64,000 bases of DNA from Trueperaceae bacterium (GCA_965213925.1 OZ243927.1:3680001-3744000), one strand, 5' to 3'; shown: positions 26,835 through 38,124, numbered from the stretch's first letter. Numbers and translations are program-made. The notes: generated from the letters alone by a model not told the origin.

Positions 26835-27356
26835 TCAGGTATCCCTTCGCGCGTCGGTCTCTGGGCTCGAGCTATAAACTTCGGGGTTTATAGACTCGTC
26901 CTCAGCCTCTTGCGGGCGCTCGAAGAAGCTCGAGATCAGCAGCAGCGCCGCCCCGCCCACCACGCACATATCCGCCACGTTGAAAACTGGATAGTTAAAG
27001 CCCTGTACGTAGAAGTGGATAAAGTCGCGCACAAAGCCGAGCAAGAAGCGGTCGATCATGTTGCCGATCGCGCCGCTCAGGATAAGCGTCAAGGCGGCGA
27101 GTTGCATTTTGGGCATCGTGCGGGCGTGGCGCAAGAGGTAGACGAAGATGGCGACAGAAACGACCGCCGAGAGAATACCTAAAAGAAACGTGCCGCCCTG
27201 CAAAATGCCAAAAGCTGCGCCCGTGTTGCGCGTGTAGGTGAAGTGGAAGCCGAGCCCGAGCGCGAGGTCGGGACCGTTCAGGGGAAAGGTGCTCGCCGCC
27301 CACCACTTGGTGAGCTGGTCTATAGCGACGAGGATAAGAACTGCGAAGAGGTACAT
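26835..27356 (-). CDS. lspA: Signal peptidase II
   Basis: DQLTK, NTGAAFG, GAIGNMIDR, VRDF and FNVAD motifs. Confidence 0.96.
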   Translation of the reverse strand: MYLFAVLILVAIDQLTKWWAASTFPLNGPDLALGLGFHFTYTRNTGAAFGILQGGTFLLGILSAVVSVAIFVYLLRHARTMPKMQLAALTLILSGAIGNMIDRFLLGFVRDFIHFYVQGFNYPVFNVADMCVVGGAALLLISSFFERPQEAEDESINPEVYSSSPETDARRDT

Positions 27357-27686
27357 AGGGCTTAGTATACGGAGTGTGGACGCGGTTGGGGTGGATTGGC
27401 TTGCATTTTGTCATCAATTTTGTAAAAAAGCTCAGGAGTTGGTTCCCTTATTTTATCCGAGAACGCCGCGTCCACACCGCTATTTTCGCTTTCAGTTAGG
27501 TGCGAACGGCTCGAGCCTGTTGAGCAGGTGTCGCCAACTTCACATGAAGCTGTGTCCTTAAACCGTACGCTTTGGCAGAATTACACGCCATTTTTCAGCG
27601 TATACTCCTCCATATTCATCTTTGAAGCGGTGTGTGTGAGAGAAAGCGTCAGTTTAGATGCCAGAAACGGAATAGGAGGGGTAAGG

Positions 27687-30600
27687 ATGCCCGCGACCCT
27701 TAATCAGTTGCAGCAGTTCATCAAACGAAACCGCCAGGGAGCCGACGACCCCTTAGAGAACTTCGTTGGCTTTTTATTTGAGAAAGCCAGCCCCGACCTC
27801 TTGGAGATTTTCGACACGGAGAGCCTTCTAGCTGTCGGTAAAGGTGCGCTCTCTTTCATGCAGGACAAAGCGCCCGAAGAGGTGCGCGTGCGCGTCTACA
27901 ACCCGAGCTACGAGGCGGAGGGCTGGAAGACGCCCTACACCGCTTTGGAACTCACCCTCAAAGACCGCCCTTTCATCGTGGACTCGGTGCGCGCTGCCCT
28001 GCGCCGCAAGGGGTACGAAGTCTATCACCTCTTACATCCGATTTTGAGGGTCGAGCGTGAAGATGGCAGGGTCACAGACGTTGACATCGGGCAGGATGAA
28101 GATGAGGTCTTAGAGGCGTACGAGCTTTACCTCATCGAGCGCGAGGACGACGCGCAAGAGCGTGAATCATTAGAGGTCGCCATCCGAGAGGTTTTAGAAG
28201 ACGTCGTTTTAGCCACCGACGACTACCTGACTATGCGGGAGAAGACGGGGGAGCTTAAAGGGACGTTGGAGGACCTGCAAAAGTACGCCAAAAATCAAAA
28301 ACAAGCCGACGAGTTAGAGGAGTACACCGCCTTTATGAGCTGGCTGGCGGACGACAACTACGTCTTTTTGGGCTACCGCGAGTACGACATTATCGACCAA
28401 AACGGCACGCAGCACCTCGTCGTGGACCAGGATTCAGGCTTGGGCGTTTTGAGCAAGATGCAAGAGAGCGCCTACACCGAGCCCGTACCGCTCAGCGAAA
28501 TCCCGCAGGGGCTACGCGAGCGCGTCTTAGGCGGCAAAGTTTTGACCGTCACCAAAACGAACGCCGAGTCCACCGTCCACCGCCCCGCCCGCATGGACTA
28601 CGTCGGCTTGAAAAAGATAGCTGAGACCTGGCAGGTGCAGGGCGAACGGCGTTTCGTCGGGCTCTTCACCTCGAAAGCGCTCTCGACGTCCGTCGAAGAC
28701 ATCCCCATCTTGCGCCACAAGTTGCGCCTCGTTTTGGACAAAGACAAGGCGACCCCCGGCTCGCACGATTACAAGCGTATCGTCACGATTTTTAATTCAA
28801 TCCCGCGTGAAGAACTCTTCTGGAGCGACGCCTCGCAGCTCTATAAGGACATCCGCACCGTCATGGACACCGCCAAGGAGCGCGGCGTACGTTTAACCGT
28901 GCGCCCCGACCCACTCGCAAGAGGTCTCGCGGTCATGGTCATCATGCCCCGCGAGCGCTTTAACGCCGACGTGCGCCGCGAGATTCAGGCGTTTTTGGCG
29001 GATGAACTGGACGCCGAGCACGTCGATTATCAACTTGCGATGGGTGAGGACGAGGCGCAGGTGCGCTTTCACTTCTTCTTCACCACGAGTAAGAGCCAAG
29101 ACGACCTTCACATCGCTGAGTTGGAAGGAGAGGTCGCCGACCTCACACGCACCTGGAACGACCACCTCTTAGAGCGGCTGATGACGCAGAAGGGCGAGGC
29201 GGCGGGCAGGCGCTTGGCGGAGCGCTACGCGGACGCCTTCGACGAGCGGTACAAAGCGGATACCAGCAGCGCGGTCGCCCTGCGCGACATCGAGAACTTG
29301 GAGGCGCTAGGCGGCTCGCCCTATCTCGTGGACATCCTCAACCCTATCCACGGTTACGAGGGCGAAGAGGCGACGCAACTCAAGATTTATCACCAGGAGC
29401 GCACGCTCGTCTTGAGCGAAGTCTTGCCAATTTTGGAGAACCTGGGCTTCAAAGTCTTAGAGCAAATCTCTTACTACACGCGGGCGAGTAGTCAAGCCTC
29501 GAGCAAAAGTAGAGAGGTGCGCGGCATCGACATTTTCCGCGTGCAAGACCGCGCCGGCGAGATTATCGACGTACGCGAGCACGGCGAGCGGATTAAAGAG
29601 GCGCTCCTAGCGCTGCTCACCCAGAGCGCCGAGAGCGATACCCTAAACCGCTTAGTGCTCTACGGCAACCTCAGCGTACGGCAAGTCGCCCTTTTGCGAA
29701 CCCTGCAGATGTACTACGCCCAACTGAGTGCGGGGACGAGCCGGAGTTTCGTCGCCAGTGCGCTCCTCAACCACCCGAACGTCGCCAGCCTCATCTACCG
29801 CGCCTTCGACGTGAAGTTCAAGCCGAATGTAGGCGATAGAGAGGTGAAGTTAGACGAGGTCGAAGCGTCCTTTTCCGAGGCGCTGCAAGAGGTCGCCTCG
29901 TTGTCCGAAGACCAGACCCTGCGCGGGCTTTTTAACCTCGTCAGCGCGGCGGTGCGCACGAACTTCTTCTTGGACAAACCTTACATATCGCTCAAGCTCG
30001 ACTCTTCACAAGTCACCCGGATGCCCGAGCCGCGCCCCTTCTTCGAGATCGCCATGTCGAGCCCGACGGTCGAAGGCACACACCTGCGCGGCGGCAAGGT
30101 GGCGCGCGGCGGCTTGCGCTGGAGCGACCGCCCGGATGACTTTCGCACCGAAGTCTTGGGCTTGATGAAAACGCAGATGACCAAAAACGCGGTGATCGTG
30201 CCGGTCGGCTCGAAAGGCGGTTTCATCGTCAAGAACGCGCCTGATGACCGTGACGCTTTGCGCGAGTACGTGAGGACGCAATATAAGACCTATATTCACA
30301 GTCTTTTAGACCTCACCGACAACCGGGTGAACGGCGAAACGGTTCAGCCTGAAGGCGTCGTGGTCTACGACGAGCCCGACCCTTACTTGGTCGTTGCGGC
30401 GGACAAAGGCACCGCGACCTTCTCCGACCTCGCCAACGAGACCGCCGCCGAATACGACTTCTGGCTCGGCGACGCCTTCGCCTCGGGCGGCTCGCACGGC
30501 TACGACCATAAGGAAGAGGCGATTACCGCGAACGGCGCGTGGGAGTGCGTGAAGCGGCATTTCTATGAGATGGGAACGAACGTCTTTAAGCAGAGCGTCA

Positions 30601-32522
30601 CGGTGGCGGGCATCGGGGACATGTCGGGCGACGTCTTCGGCAACGGTCTCCTCTACACGGATACGCTCAAGTTGCAAGCGGCCTTTAACCACCTGCACAT
30701 CTTTTTAGACCCTGACCCTGATCCGAAAGGGAGCTTCGAGGAGCGCAAACGCTTGTTCGAGAAACCGCGCTCGACTTGGGAAGATTACAATCCTGACCTC
30801 ATCAGCGAGGGGGGCGGGGTGTACTCGAGGTTCAGTAAATCCATCACCCTCACGCCACAAGTTAAGGCGATGTTGGACGCCCAAGCGGACGCACTTTCAG
30901 GGCAAGACCTCATCCGAGCGATTCTCAAGATGCCCGTGGATTTGCTCTGGAACGGCGGCATCGGCACGTACATCAAAGCCTCTTCGGAAAGCCACGCGGA
31001 CGTGGGGGACTCGAGCAACAACGCCGTGCGCGTAGACGCGCCTGAGCTGCGCGCTAAAGTGGTGGGTGAAGGCGGTAACTTAGGCTTCACGCAGCTCGCC
31101 CGCACCGAATACGCGAAGCGCGGCGGGCGCATCAACACCGACGCCATCGACAACTCGGGCGGTGTGGACATGTCCGACCACGAGGTCAACATCAAAATCG
31201 CTTTAAGGCCTCTTGTCGGCAGCGGCGAGCTGTCCTTTGTGCAGCGCAACCGCCTCCTAGACGAAATGACGGATGAGGTCAGTGCGTCGGTCTTGCGCGA
31301 CAACTACGAGCAGTCCTTGGCGATCTCGCTCGCTGAGCGGCGCAGCGAAGAGGAACTCCTGCTTTTCGCCTCGCTACAAGACTACTTGTCAGAGCGCGGT
31401 CCCCTCAAGCCTGAGGTCGAATTCTTGCCGAGCCCGCGGGTCTTTAACGAGCGGCAGCGCTCAGGCGAAGGCTTGGCCCGGCCTGAACTCGCCATTCTCC
31501 TCGCCTACACCAAGATGGGCATCTACCGCCGCCTCTTAGAGACTGACTTCCCCGACGAGCCGCACTTTCAGCACTACTTGTTCGACTACTTTCCGAGCGC
31601 CTTAAACGAGCGCTTCCCCGAGGTCATTCAGGGCCACTCGCTGCGCCGTGAGGTCATCGCCACGCAGTTCACGAATACCGTCGTGGACCTTTTGGGCATC
31701 ACCTTTGTGCACCGCAGCATCCGCGACACGGGGGCGAGCCCGGTGGAGGTCATCCGGGCGGCGCTCGTCGCCTTAGAGATTTTAAGCGCGAGCGACTTTT
31801 TAGAGCGCGTCTTTGCGCTCGACTACGAGATTTCGGCGGACGCGCAGTACGCCATGTTAGAGGAGTTCGTCAGCGCGACTGAAGACATCGTCGCTTGGAT
31901 ACTCCTCTCGGACGTGGCGATACGCTCGATCCCCGACTTCGTCGAGACGTACAAAGAGCCGATGAGCGCGTTGCGAGAAAGCCTCGAGTCCTTCCTTCCC
32001 GGGGGCGAAAAGGAGCACTACCAGAGCCGTATGCAAACCTTCAGCTCTTTTGAGTGCCCCAATCCCTTGGCCGCCGAAGCCGCCGCGATGGAGTATCTGC
32101 CTAGCGCGATGGGCATCGTGGACGTGAGCCGCGTGGCGAACGTAAGCGTGGACGAAGCCGCCAAGCGGTTCTACGGCTTGGGCGAGCGACTTTCGCTAGG
32201 CGTCCTGCGCGACGAAATCGCCGCGCTGCCGAGCGAGAGCAAGTGGGAGAAAATCGCGCTGGGCGGGCTCGTGATGGACCTGCGCCGCGCCCAACTCGGG
32301 CTGACGATTCGCTATTTCGAGGAGTTGCGCGAGGGCGGCGAACTCGACCCTGAAGGGTTCTTAGAGACCCACCCGCGCCTCTTGAGACGCTACGACGAAG
32401 CCTTAGAAGAAATTCACCGCGACAACAGCTTGACCTTAGCGAGCGGCGGCGTGTTGGCGCGGCTTTTGTTGCAGACGCTCGAGGAGGCGTACCGTCCGAA
32501 GCCGGTGGAAGAGAGGTCGTAG
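27687..32522 (+). CDS. Large NAD-specific glutamate dehydrogenase
   Basis: HLRGGKVARGGLRWSDR, KNAVIVP.GSKGG, YLVVAADKGTATFSD, GIGDMSGDVFGNG and DNSGGVD motifs; ATG at 27687 after GGAGG. Confidence 0.95.
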   Translation: MPATLNQLQQFIKRNRQGADDPLENFVGFLFEKASPDLLEIFDTESLLAVGKGALSFMQDKAPEEVRVRVYNPSYEAEGWKTPYTALELTLKDRPFIVDSVRAALRRKGYEVYHLLHPILRVEREDGRVTDVDIGQDEDEVLEAYELYLIEREDDAQERESLEVAIREVLEDVVLATDDYLTMREKTGELKGTLEDLQKYAKNQKQADELEEYTAFMSWLADDNYVFLGYREYDIIDQNGTQHLVVDQDSGLGVLSKMQESAYTEPVPLSEIPQGLRERVLGGKVLTVTKTNAESTVHRPARMDYVGLKKIAETWQVQGERRFVGLFTSKALSTSVEDIPILRHKLRLVLDKDKATPGSHDYKRIVTIFNSIPREELFWSDASQLYKDIRTVMDTAKERGVRLTVRPDPLARGLAVMVIMPRERFNADVRREIQAFLADELDAEHVDYQLAMGEDEAQVRFHFFFTTSKSQDDLHIAELEGEVADLTRTWNDHLLERLMTQKGEAAGRRLAERYADAFDERYKADTSSAVALRDIENLEALGGSPYLVDILNPIHGYEGEEATQLKIYHQERTLVLSEVLPILENLGFKVLEQISYYTRASSQASSKSREVRGIDIFRVQDRAGEIIDVREHGERIKEALLALLTQSAESDTLNRLVLYGNLSVRQVALLRTLQMYYAQLSAGTSRSFVASALLNHPNVASLIYRAFDVKFKPNVGDREVKLDEVEASFSEALQEVASLSEDQTLRGLFNLVSAAVRTNFFLDKPYISLKLDSSQVTRMPEPRPFFEIAMSSPTVEGTHLRGGKVARGGLRWSDRPDDFRTEVLGLMKTQMTKNAVIVPVGSKGGFIVKNAPDDRDALREYVRTQYKTYIHSLLDLTDNRVNGETVQPEGVVVYDEPDPYLVVAADKGTATFSDLANETAAEYDFWLGDAFASGGSHGYDHKEEAITANGAWECVKRHFYEMGTNVFKQSVTVAGIGDMSGDVFGNGLLYTDTLKLQAAFNHLHIFLDPDPDPKGSFEERKRLFEKPRSTWEDYNPDLISEGGGVYSRFSKSITLTPQVKAMLDAQADALSGQDLIRAILKMPVDLLWNGGIGTYIKASSESHADVGDSSNNAVRVDAPELRAKVVGEGGNLGFTQLARTEYAKRGGRINTDAIDNSGGVDMSDHEVNIKIALRPLVGSGELSFVQRNRLLDEMTDEVSASVLRDNYEQSLAISLAERRSEEELLLFASLQDYLSERGPLKPEVEFLPSPRVFNERQRSGEGLARPELAILLAYTKMGIYRRLLETDFPDEPHFQHYLFDYFPSALNERFPEVIQGHSLRREVIATQFTNTVVDLLGITFVHRSIRDTGASPVEVIRAALVALEILSASDFLERVFALDYEISADAQYAMLEEFVSATEDIVAWILLSDVAIRSIPDFVETYKEPMSALRESLESFLPGGEKEHYQSRMQTFSSFECPNPLAAEAAAMEYLPSAMGIVDVSRVANVSVDEAAKRFYGLGERLSLGVLRDEIAALPSESKWEKIALGGLVMDLRRAQLGLTIRYFEELREGGELDPEGFLETHPRLLRRYDEALEEIHRDNSLTLASGGVLARLLLQTLEEAYRPKPVEERS

Positions 32523-32523
32523 A

Positions 32524-32578
32524 CAGTAGTCAGAATTCAGTAGTCAGCTCAATAGCATTGCTGAATTCTGACTGCTGA
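32524..32578. repeat. Heptamer-built inverted repeat (CAGTAGT/CAGAATT); related copies at 33861-33916 and 42571-42618
   Basis: CAGTAGTCAGAATTCAGTAG...CTGAATTCTGACTGCTG. Confidence 0.55.
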
Positions 32579-32611
32579 TACTTAAAAACTGCTTTATCCT
32601 GATCTCCCGAG

Positions 32612-33778
32612 TCAATGCGCCGACCTTTGATTCCCTTCGTAAACAAAAAATGCCTCTATGACCCGGTTGAGGTGCAAAAGCCCGGCGTCGGTGGTGCGGA
32701 GGTAGGGCGGGGTGTGCTCGAGCCGCCCCTCCTCAATAAACCTCTCTACAAGAGGTGCGTAGTGCGCCACCACATCAATTCCTGACCTCTCTTTAAGCCC
32801 CACAACGTCTACCCCACGCCGCGTGCGCAAGCCCGTCATCAATACATCTTCGACATAGTTCAGTGCGTTCACTGGCAGCGTTTCTGGCGGTTCACCTCTC
32901 AGCCAATCTTTAATCACGCGGTTCGTGCGCCGTTCACCGATGAGATAGCCTTCGGTAGAACGGAGGTCTACGTTCCACTCAACCTCTTGTTCCGCAGGAA
33001 CAAAACTCGCGGCAGACGGTCCTAATGCTAAAAAGTGCTCGCCGCGCCAGTACACCTGGTTGTGTTTCGACTCGTGACCTGGCTTGGCGTGGCTCGAGAC
33101 TTCGTAGCGCTCTAAACCATACCCGGACAAAATCTCGTTCGCCAACTCGTAGTCATCCGCCTCTTTGTCGGGGTCTACCGAGACGCCGCGCCGCGCAAAA
33201 GGGGTATGCGGCTCGATCGTCAAGTTGTAAACGCTGATGTGCTGCACGCCTGTCTGCGCGAGGGTGTGTAAATCTCTCGCCGCATCTTGGTTCGGTACAG
33301 CGGTGATGAGGTCAGCGGAGACTTCGAAACCGGCGGCTAGCGCCATTTCAACCGCGCGTAAACCTTCTTTCGCATTGTGTTTCCGTCCTAAAAAGAGCAG
33401 CGTGGCGTCTTGGGTGGACTGTAAACCGATGGAGAGGCGGTTAAAATCCAGAGATTTGAACGTCTCTAACCTCTTTTCGTCAAAGGTCAAAGGGTCCGCT
33501 TCTAGGGTGGTTTCACCCCTTCCCGGAAAGCCCCACGTCTTTTGAAAGGCGCGGACGATTCGTTCCAACTCCTCGTCCGAGAGATGCGAGGGCGTGCCGC
33601 CGCCAAAGTAAATCGTGTCAAGCTCGCCTGGAAATTCTCCGTAAAGCTCGAGCGCTTCTCGCTCCAAACGCTCTATATACGCCGCTACTAACCCTTCACT
33701 ACGGCGCATTTTGTGAAAGTCGCAGTAAGGACATATCTTAGGGCAAAAGGGGACGTGTAAGTAAAGTGAGCGCGGCAC
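32612..33778 (-). CDS. hemW: Radical SAM heme chaperone HemW (HemN-like)
   Basis: LYLHVPFCPKICPYCDF, YFGGGTPS, YEVSS and HNQVYW motifs. Confidence 0.9.
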   Translation of the reverse strand: MPRSLYLHVPFCPKICPYCDFHKMRRSEGLVAAYIERLEREALELYGEFPGELDTIYFGGGTPSHLSDEELERIVRAFQKTWGFPGRGETTLEADPLTFDEKRLETFKSLDFNRLSIGLQSTQDATLLFLGRKHNAKEGLRAVEMALAAGFEVSADLITAVPNQDAARDLHTLAQTGVQHISVYNLTIEPHTPFARRGVSVDPDKEADDYELANEILSGYGLERYEVSSHAKPGHESKHNQVYWRGEHFLALGPSAASFVPAEQEVEWNVDLRSTEGYLIGERRTNRVIKDWLRGEPPETLPVNALNYVEDVLMTGLRTRRGVDVVGLKERSGIDVVAHYAPLVERFIEEGRLEHTPPYLRTTDAGLLHLNRVIEAFFVYEGNQRSAH

Positions 33779-34008
33779 CTCTTTAGCTTACGGAAAAGAG
33801 AGCAGGGGGGCGTACGCTTTCCCGACAAAAGAAAGCCATGAGCAAAAGAAGCCGTCGGGTATCAGAATTCAGTAGTCGGTCGCGGTATGCTGAGTACTGA
33901 ATTTTGACTGCTGTCTCCCTCAAATTCTCTTAGCGCCGCTCTCCTCACCCGAAATTGTTCCGCAAGCCCCTCCGCCAGCGGTATGCTGTAGCCCATCGGA
34001 GGTCTTTA

Positions 34009-35115
34009 GTGAAACTCGAACGTATCGAACTGCGCACCGTGCGCCTCAAGCTGCGCTTCCGCTTTAAGACGAGCTTCGGCGTCGAGCAGCATTTCCGTAA
34101 GTTGCTCGTGACTCTATATAGCGAGGGCCTAGAGGGCTACGGCGAGGCGACCGCTAACGTCGTGCCCGGTTATTCCTACGAGACGGTAGATACCGTATGG
34201 CTCACCCTTAAAGAGCATGTCATACCGCAGATCATCGGCAGGGACTACGCGACGCCCGCGCAACTTTTGAACGGCGCAGCACCCATTCGCGGACACAACA
34301 TGGCGGTCGGGGCGTTAGAAACCGCTTTCTGGGATTTGCAGGCGAAGGCGGCGAACGTGCCGCTCTGGGTCCTGCTCGGCGGCGAGCGCACCGCGCATCC
34401 AGTAGGCGCGTCCTTGGGCATTCAAGAGAGCGTGGAGGAGACGGTTGAGCTTGCCCAGAAACACGTAGAGGAAGGCTACAAACGCCTTAAATTCAAGATT
34501 AAACCGGGTTGGGACGTCGCGCCTCTACGCGCCGTGCGGGGCGCTCTGCCCGACATGCCCCTCACTGTGGACGCGAACAGCGCCTACACGCTGACCGACG
34601 CGCGGGTCTTTCAGCAGCTCGACGAACTCAACCTCGACTATATCGAGCAGCCTCTAGCCTACGACGACCTTGTGGACCACGCGCAGCTTCAGCGGCAACT
34701 CGCTACGCCCCTCTGCTTAGACGAGTCCGTCCACTCCCCCGAAGACGCCCGCAAAGGCTTACAACTCGGCGCGGGGCGCGTCATCAACGTCAAGGTGGGG
34801 CGGGTGCGCGGTCATTTGCAGGCGAGGCGCACCCACGATGTGGCGCTCTCCTTCGGCGCGCCCGTGTGGTGCGGGGGGATGTTGGAACTCGGCGTCGGGC
34901 GGGCGCACAACCTCCACCTGAGTTCTTTGGCAGGCTTTACGCTTCCCGGCGACACGTCTAGCGCCTCGCGCTACTGGGACGAGGACGTTGTCGAACCTCT
35001 TTTGGACGCAGTGGACGGCGTGCAGCGCATCCCCGAAGGTCCGGGCATCGGCGTGAGTTTGAAGCGGGACTTTCTCGAGAGCATCACCGAGCGCGTGGAA
35101 ACGTTTGCGCCGTAA
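34009..35115 (+). CDS. menC: o-Succinylbenzoate synthase / N-acylamino acid racemase (enolase superfamily)
   Basis: FKTSFG, KxK motif (KFKIKPG), VDAN, IEQP, LDES and WCGGMLE; GTG start after GGAGG. Confidence 0.88.
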   Translation: MKLERIELRTVRLKLRFRFKTSFGVEQHFRKLLVTLYSEGLEGYGEATANVVPGYSYETVDTVWLTLKEHVIPQIIGRDYATPAQLLNGAAPIRGHNMAVGALETAFWDLQAKAANVPLWVLLGGERTAHPVGASLGIQESVEETVELAQKHVEEGYKRLKFKIKPGWDVAPLRAVRGALPDMPLTVDANSAYTLTDARVFQQLDELNLDYIEQPLAYDDLVDHAQLQRQLATPLCLDESVHSPEDARKGLQLGAGRVINVKVGRVRGHLQARRTHDVALSFGAPVWCGGMLELGVGRAHNLHLSSLAGFTLPGDTSSASRYWDEDVVEPLLDAVDGVQRIPEGPGIGVSLKRDFLESITERVETFAP

Positions 35116-35177
35116 CGGTTCTTACTGTTCGCAGCTTATTACGGCGTTGAGCAAGTTCTGCAATATAACCTCTTACT

Positions 35178-35305
35178 TGTCACCCCGAGCTACGCCGAGG
35201 GGTCTCGGTTGGCTATGCCAAAACTGCGTAACTTGCAATCTCAATCAGAGGAGTCAGCAAGGTCAGAGATTCTTTCACTCCGCTATCGCTTCGTTCAGAA
35301 TGACA
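35178..35305. repeat. Palindromic repeat TGTCACCCCGAGC...AGATTCTT...GTTCAGAATGACA
   Basis: Terminal TGTCA/TGACA inverted ends; related to 11430-11520. Confidence 0.5.
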
Positions 35306-35579
35306 CGACTTATTTCTTATACCAAAGTGAAGTATAGATGTCAAAATACGACATCTATACCGCGCGGATGCGCGTACCCTCGGACGCTCTCAATTTACGA
35401 CATCGTTCTTTCAGTTCGGTATTATTTAACGCTGTATTGACAAGGGATTGGAGAAGGATGAAGGAAGCGCGGAAAGCAGAAGGGGAAATGGGGAATCTCT
35501 TCCGTCTTCTCACATACCGAACTCACTCTCTTTGACTCACCCATTGACTTGACCTAAACTTTCACGACAAGATGAAGCT

Positions 35580-36356
35580 ATGAGCAGACTTAGCGACGAC
35601 CTTATGAACGCTCGAGACAACGCCACGCTTCTCACGCCGCCCTCGTCCGAACGAGGATTTCACCTGGCGGCTGCCTACGACGTTACCGACGAACTCATGC
35701 GGCGGCGAATCTCACAAGGTCATGAGGTCACTGGACGCAAGATCGGTCTGACGAACACGGCGAGTTGGGACAAGCTCGGACTAGACGCGCCCGTGTGGGG
35801 CTACATGTATTCCGACACGGTCCATTACGCTCAAAATGGCACCCTACGCCTCTCGCCCAGCGGGATGGCTGCGCCTAAGCTCGAGCCCGAAATCATCTTT
35901 CGCTGGCGTGGGGGGGAGGAAAACCTCCTAGATAACATCGAATGGCTCGCGCTCGGTTACGAAGTCGTGGACTGCCACTACCCCGACTGGGACTTCAAAC
36001 CGGCTGACGCGGTGGCGGACTTCGGGCTGCACGCCGCGCTCGTCGTCGGGCAGCCGCTCGTGGTGACACAAAAGCGCAAGGAAGGATTGGAGGAAGCGCT
36101 TAAAAACATTCGCGTGACACTCTATAAAGAGGGAGAAGAGGTGGCGCGAGGCAGCGGCGCGGATGTGATGGGCAGCCCGCTGAACGCGCTAGGAGGGCTG
36201 CTCAGCTTGCTCGAGGAGCGCTCAGACGGGCTGAAACCTGGCGACGTGGTCACGACAGGAACGTTTGCAACGCCGACACCAGTTGAAGCGGGGGAAAGCT
36301 ATACCGCAGTGGCGGAGGGAGTGGGGCTGGAGCCCGTGGAGATTACCTTGACGTAG
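35580..36356 (+). CDS. 2-keto-4-pentenoate hydratase-like protein (FAA hydrolase superfamily)
   Basis: GRKIGLTN, KLEPEI, EVVD and GDVVTTGT motifs. Confidence 0.85.
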   Translation: MSRLSDDLMNARDNATLLTPPSSERGFHLAAAYDVTDELMRRRISQGHEVTGRKIGLTNTASWDKLGLDAPVWGYMYSDTVHYAQNGTLRLSPSGMAAPKLEPEIIFRWRGGEENLLDNIEWLALGYEVVDCHYPDWDFKPADAVADFGLHAALVVGQPLVVTQKRKEGLEEALKNIRVTLYKEGEEVARGSGADVMGSPLNALGGLLSLLEERSDGLKPGDVVTTGTFATPTPVEAGESYTAVAEGVGLEPVEITLT

Positions 36357-36390
36357 TTTGGTCAAGAAGAGCGGGGCTCGAGGTGCTTAG

Positions 36391-36464
36391 CAGGTATCAT
36401 CTGGTCAGTTACACTCCCACTGTAAAGAACATTATTTAGCACGCACATTCAGAGATGATACCTG
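36391..36464 (+). repeat. Best-preserved MITE-like repeat copy, 74 bp with perfect 12-bp terminal inverted repeats
   Basis: CAGGTATCATCT ... AGATGATACCTG. Confidence 0.8.
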
Positions 36465-36599
36465 TGTCCATTTGTTCCAGTACGTCGCGGAATTGCTAAT
36501 CGATACGAATTTGGCACCCTTCCGAATAACAGAAGAGCCGAAGTTTGACCCTTCGGCTCCCCTATTAAATCGCGTTTCGGCGTCTGCGTTTAGCGCCTT

Positions 36600-37832
36600 C
36601 TAAACCCGCTTAAACACCAGCGCCGCGTTCTGCCCGCCGAAGGCGAAGTTCTGCGACAACACGTAGTCTACGCGCTTTTCCCTAGGTTCATTCGGGATGA
36701 AATCCAGGTCAAGCTCGGGGTCGGGGTCGAGGTGGTAGTTGCGCGTGGGCGGCAGCACGCAGGTGTGAAGCGCCTGCACACTGGCAATCGCTTCGATGCC
36801 GCCTGCCGCACCTAGCGTGTGCCCCGTCATCCCTTTGATAGAAGAAACGGGCGGAACGGCGTCGGCGCTGCCGAACACGGTCTTGAGCGCGAGCGTTTCG
36901 TTGAGGTCGTTCGCGGGCGTCGAGGTGCCGTGCGCGTTGACGTAGCCAACTTTGTCAGCAGAGATACCCGCCGACTTGAGCGCCCAGTTGACCGCCCGAA
37001 CTGCGCCCGCGCCGCCTGGGGCGGGCTGCGTCATGTGGTAGGCGTCCGCGCTGGTAGACGCGCCCACGACTTCGGCGTAGATGCGCGCGCCGCGTTTGCG
37101 GGCGTGCTCGAACTCTTCTAACACCAAAATCCCCGCGCCTTCACCCGCGACGAATCCGTCACGCGACGCTGTGAAGGGGCGGCTCGCCGTCTCCGGGCTC
37201 TCGTTGCGCGTCGAGAGGGCTTTCATGACCGCGAAGCCGCCGATGCCGATAGGCGTCACGCACGCTTCGCTGCCGCCCGTGATCATGACGTCCGCCTCGC
37301 CGCGCTGGATGATATGAAAGGCGTCGCCGACTGCACCCGAGCCCGTCGAGCACGCTGTAACTACCGCGCTACTCGGTCCTTGCAGCCCGTAGCGCATCGC
37401 GACCTGCCCCGAACCCATATTCGCGATCATCATCGGGATGAAAAAGGGGCTCATGCGCATCGGACCGCGGTCAAAGCGAACTTTAGTCTGCGCTTCCCAC
37501 GTCTCTAAGCCGCCGATGCCGCTGCCGATGCACGTACCGGTATGTTCGCCCGCTACGTCGTCTTCGCTCAGCCCTGCGTCTTCGAGTGCCAGCGCCGTGC
37601 CGATAAGCGCGAAATGGACGTAACGGTCTAAGCGTTTGGCTTCTTTTCGCTCGATGTATTGCGAAACATCGACGTCCACCTCGCCCGCAATAGTGACGTC
37701 GGTTTGACTGGCGTCGAAGCGGGTAATCTGGCGGATGCCATTTTTCGCCTCGTGCTGCGCCCCCAAAAAGGTCTCCGCGCCGACCCCGATCGAGGTGACC
37801 GGACCTACCCCTGTAACGACAACTCGCTTCAT
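36600..37832 (-). CDS. fabF: 3-oxoacyl-ACP synthase II
   Basis: VTACSTG, DAYH, NAHGTST, GHTLGAAG and FAFGG motifs. Confidence 0.96.
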   Translation of the reverse strand: MKRVVVTGVGPVTSIGVGAETFLGAQHEAKNGIRQITRFDASQTDVTIAGEVDVDVSQYIERKEAKRLDRYVHFALIGTALALEDAGLSEDDVAGEHTGTCIGSGIGGLETWEAQTKVRFDRGPMRMSPFFIPMMIANMGSGQVAMRYGLQGPSSAVVTACSTGSGAVGDAFHIIQRGEADVMITGGSEACVTPIGIGGFAVMKALSTRNESPETASRPFTASRDGFVAGEGAGILVLEEFEHARKRGARIYAEVVGASTSADAYHMTQPAPGGAGAVRAVNWALKSAGISADKVGYVNAHGTSTPANDLNETLALKTVFGSADAVPPVSSIKGMTGHTLGAAGGIEAIASVQALHTCVLPPTRNYHLDPDPELDLDFIPNEPREKRVDYVLSQNFAFGGQNAALVFKRV

Positions 37833-37884
37833 AGATACCTTACCGCCGCGCTCCCTCTATAAAACCTCAGAGCGCGTGCTCTCG

Positions 37885-38124
37885 CTACTTCTGCGAGGCG
37901 ACGAAGTCCACCGCGTCGCCCACCGTGCGAATGTTCTCAGCTTCTTCGTCGCTGATCTCGATGCCGAACTCGTCCTCTAAACCCATGATGAGTTCGACCA
38001 CGTCTAAAGAGTCCGCGCCTAAGTCGTCTACAAAAGACGCCTCTTCTTTGACTTCGCCAGGGTCGGCGTCGAGTTTGTCGGCGGTGACTTCCTTAATTTT
38101 AACCAAGATTTCGCTGCGTTCCAT
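37885..38124 (-). CDS. acpP: Acyl carrier protein
   Basis: [12 protein letters not shown]. Confidence 0.97.
   Translation of the reverse strand: MERSEILVKIKEVTADKLDADPGEVKEEASFVDDLGADSLDVVELIMGLEDEFGIEISDEEAENIRTVGDAVDFVASQK

Noticed and set aside
35105..35535. Short ORFs between menC and the hydratase
   Set aside because: They overlap a palindromic repeat and have no recognisable domain.
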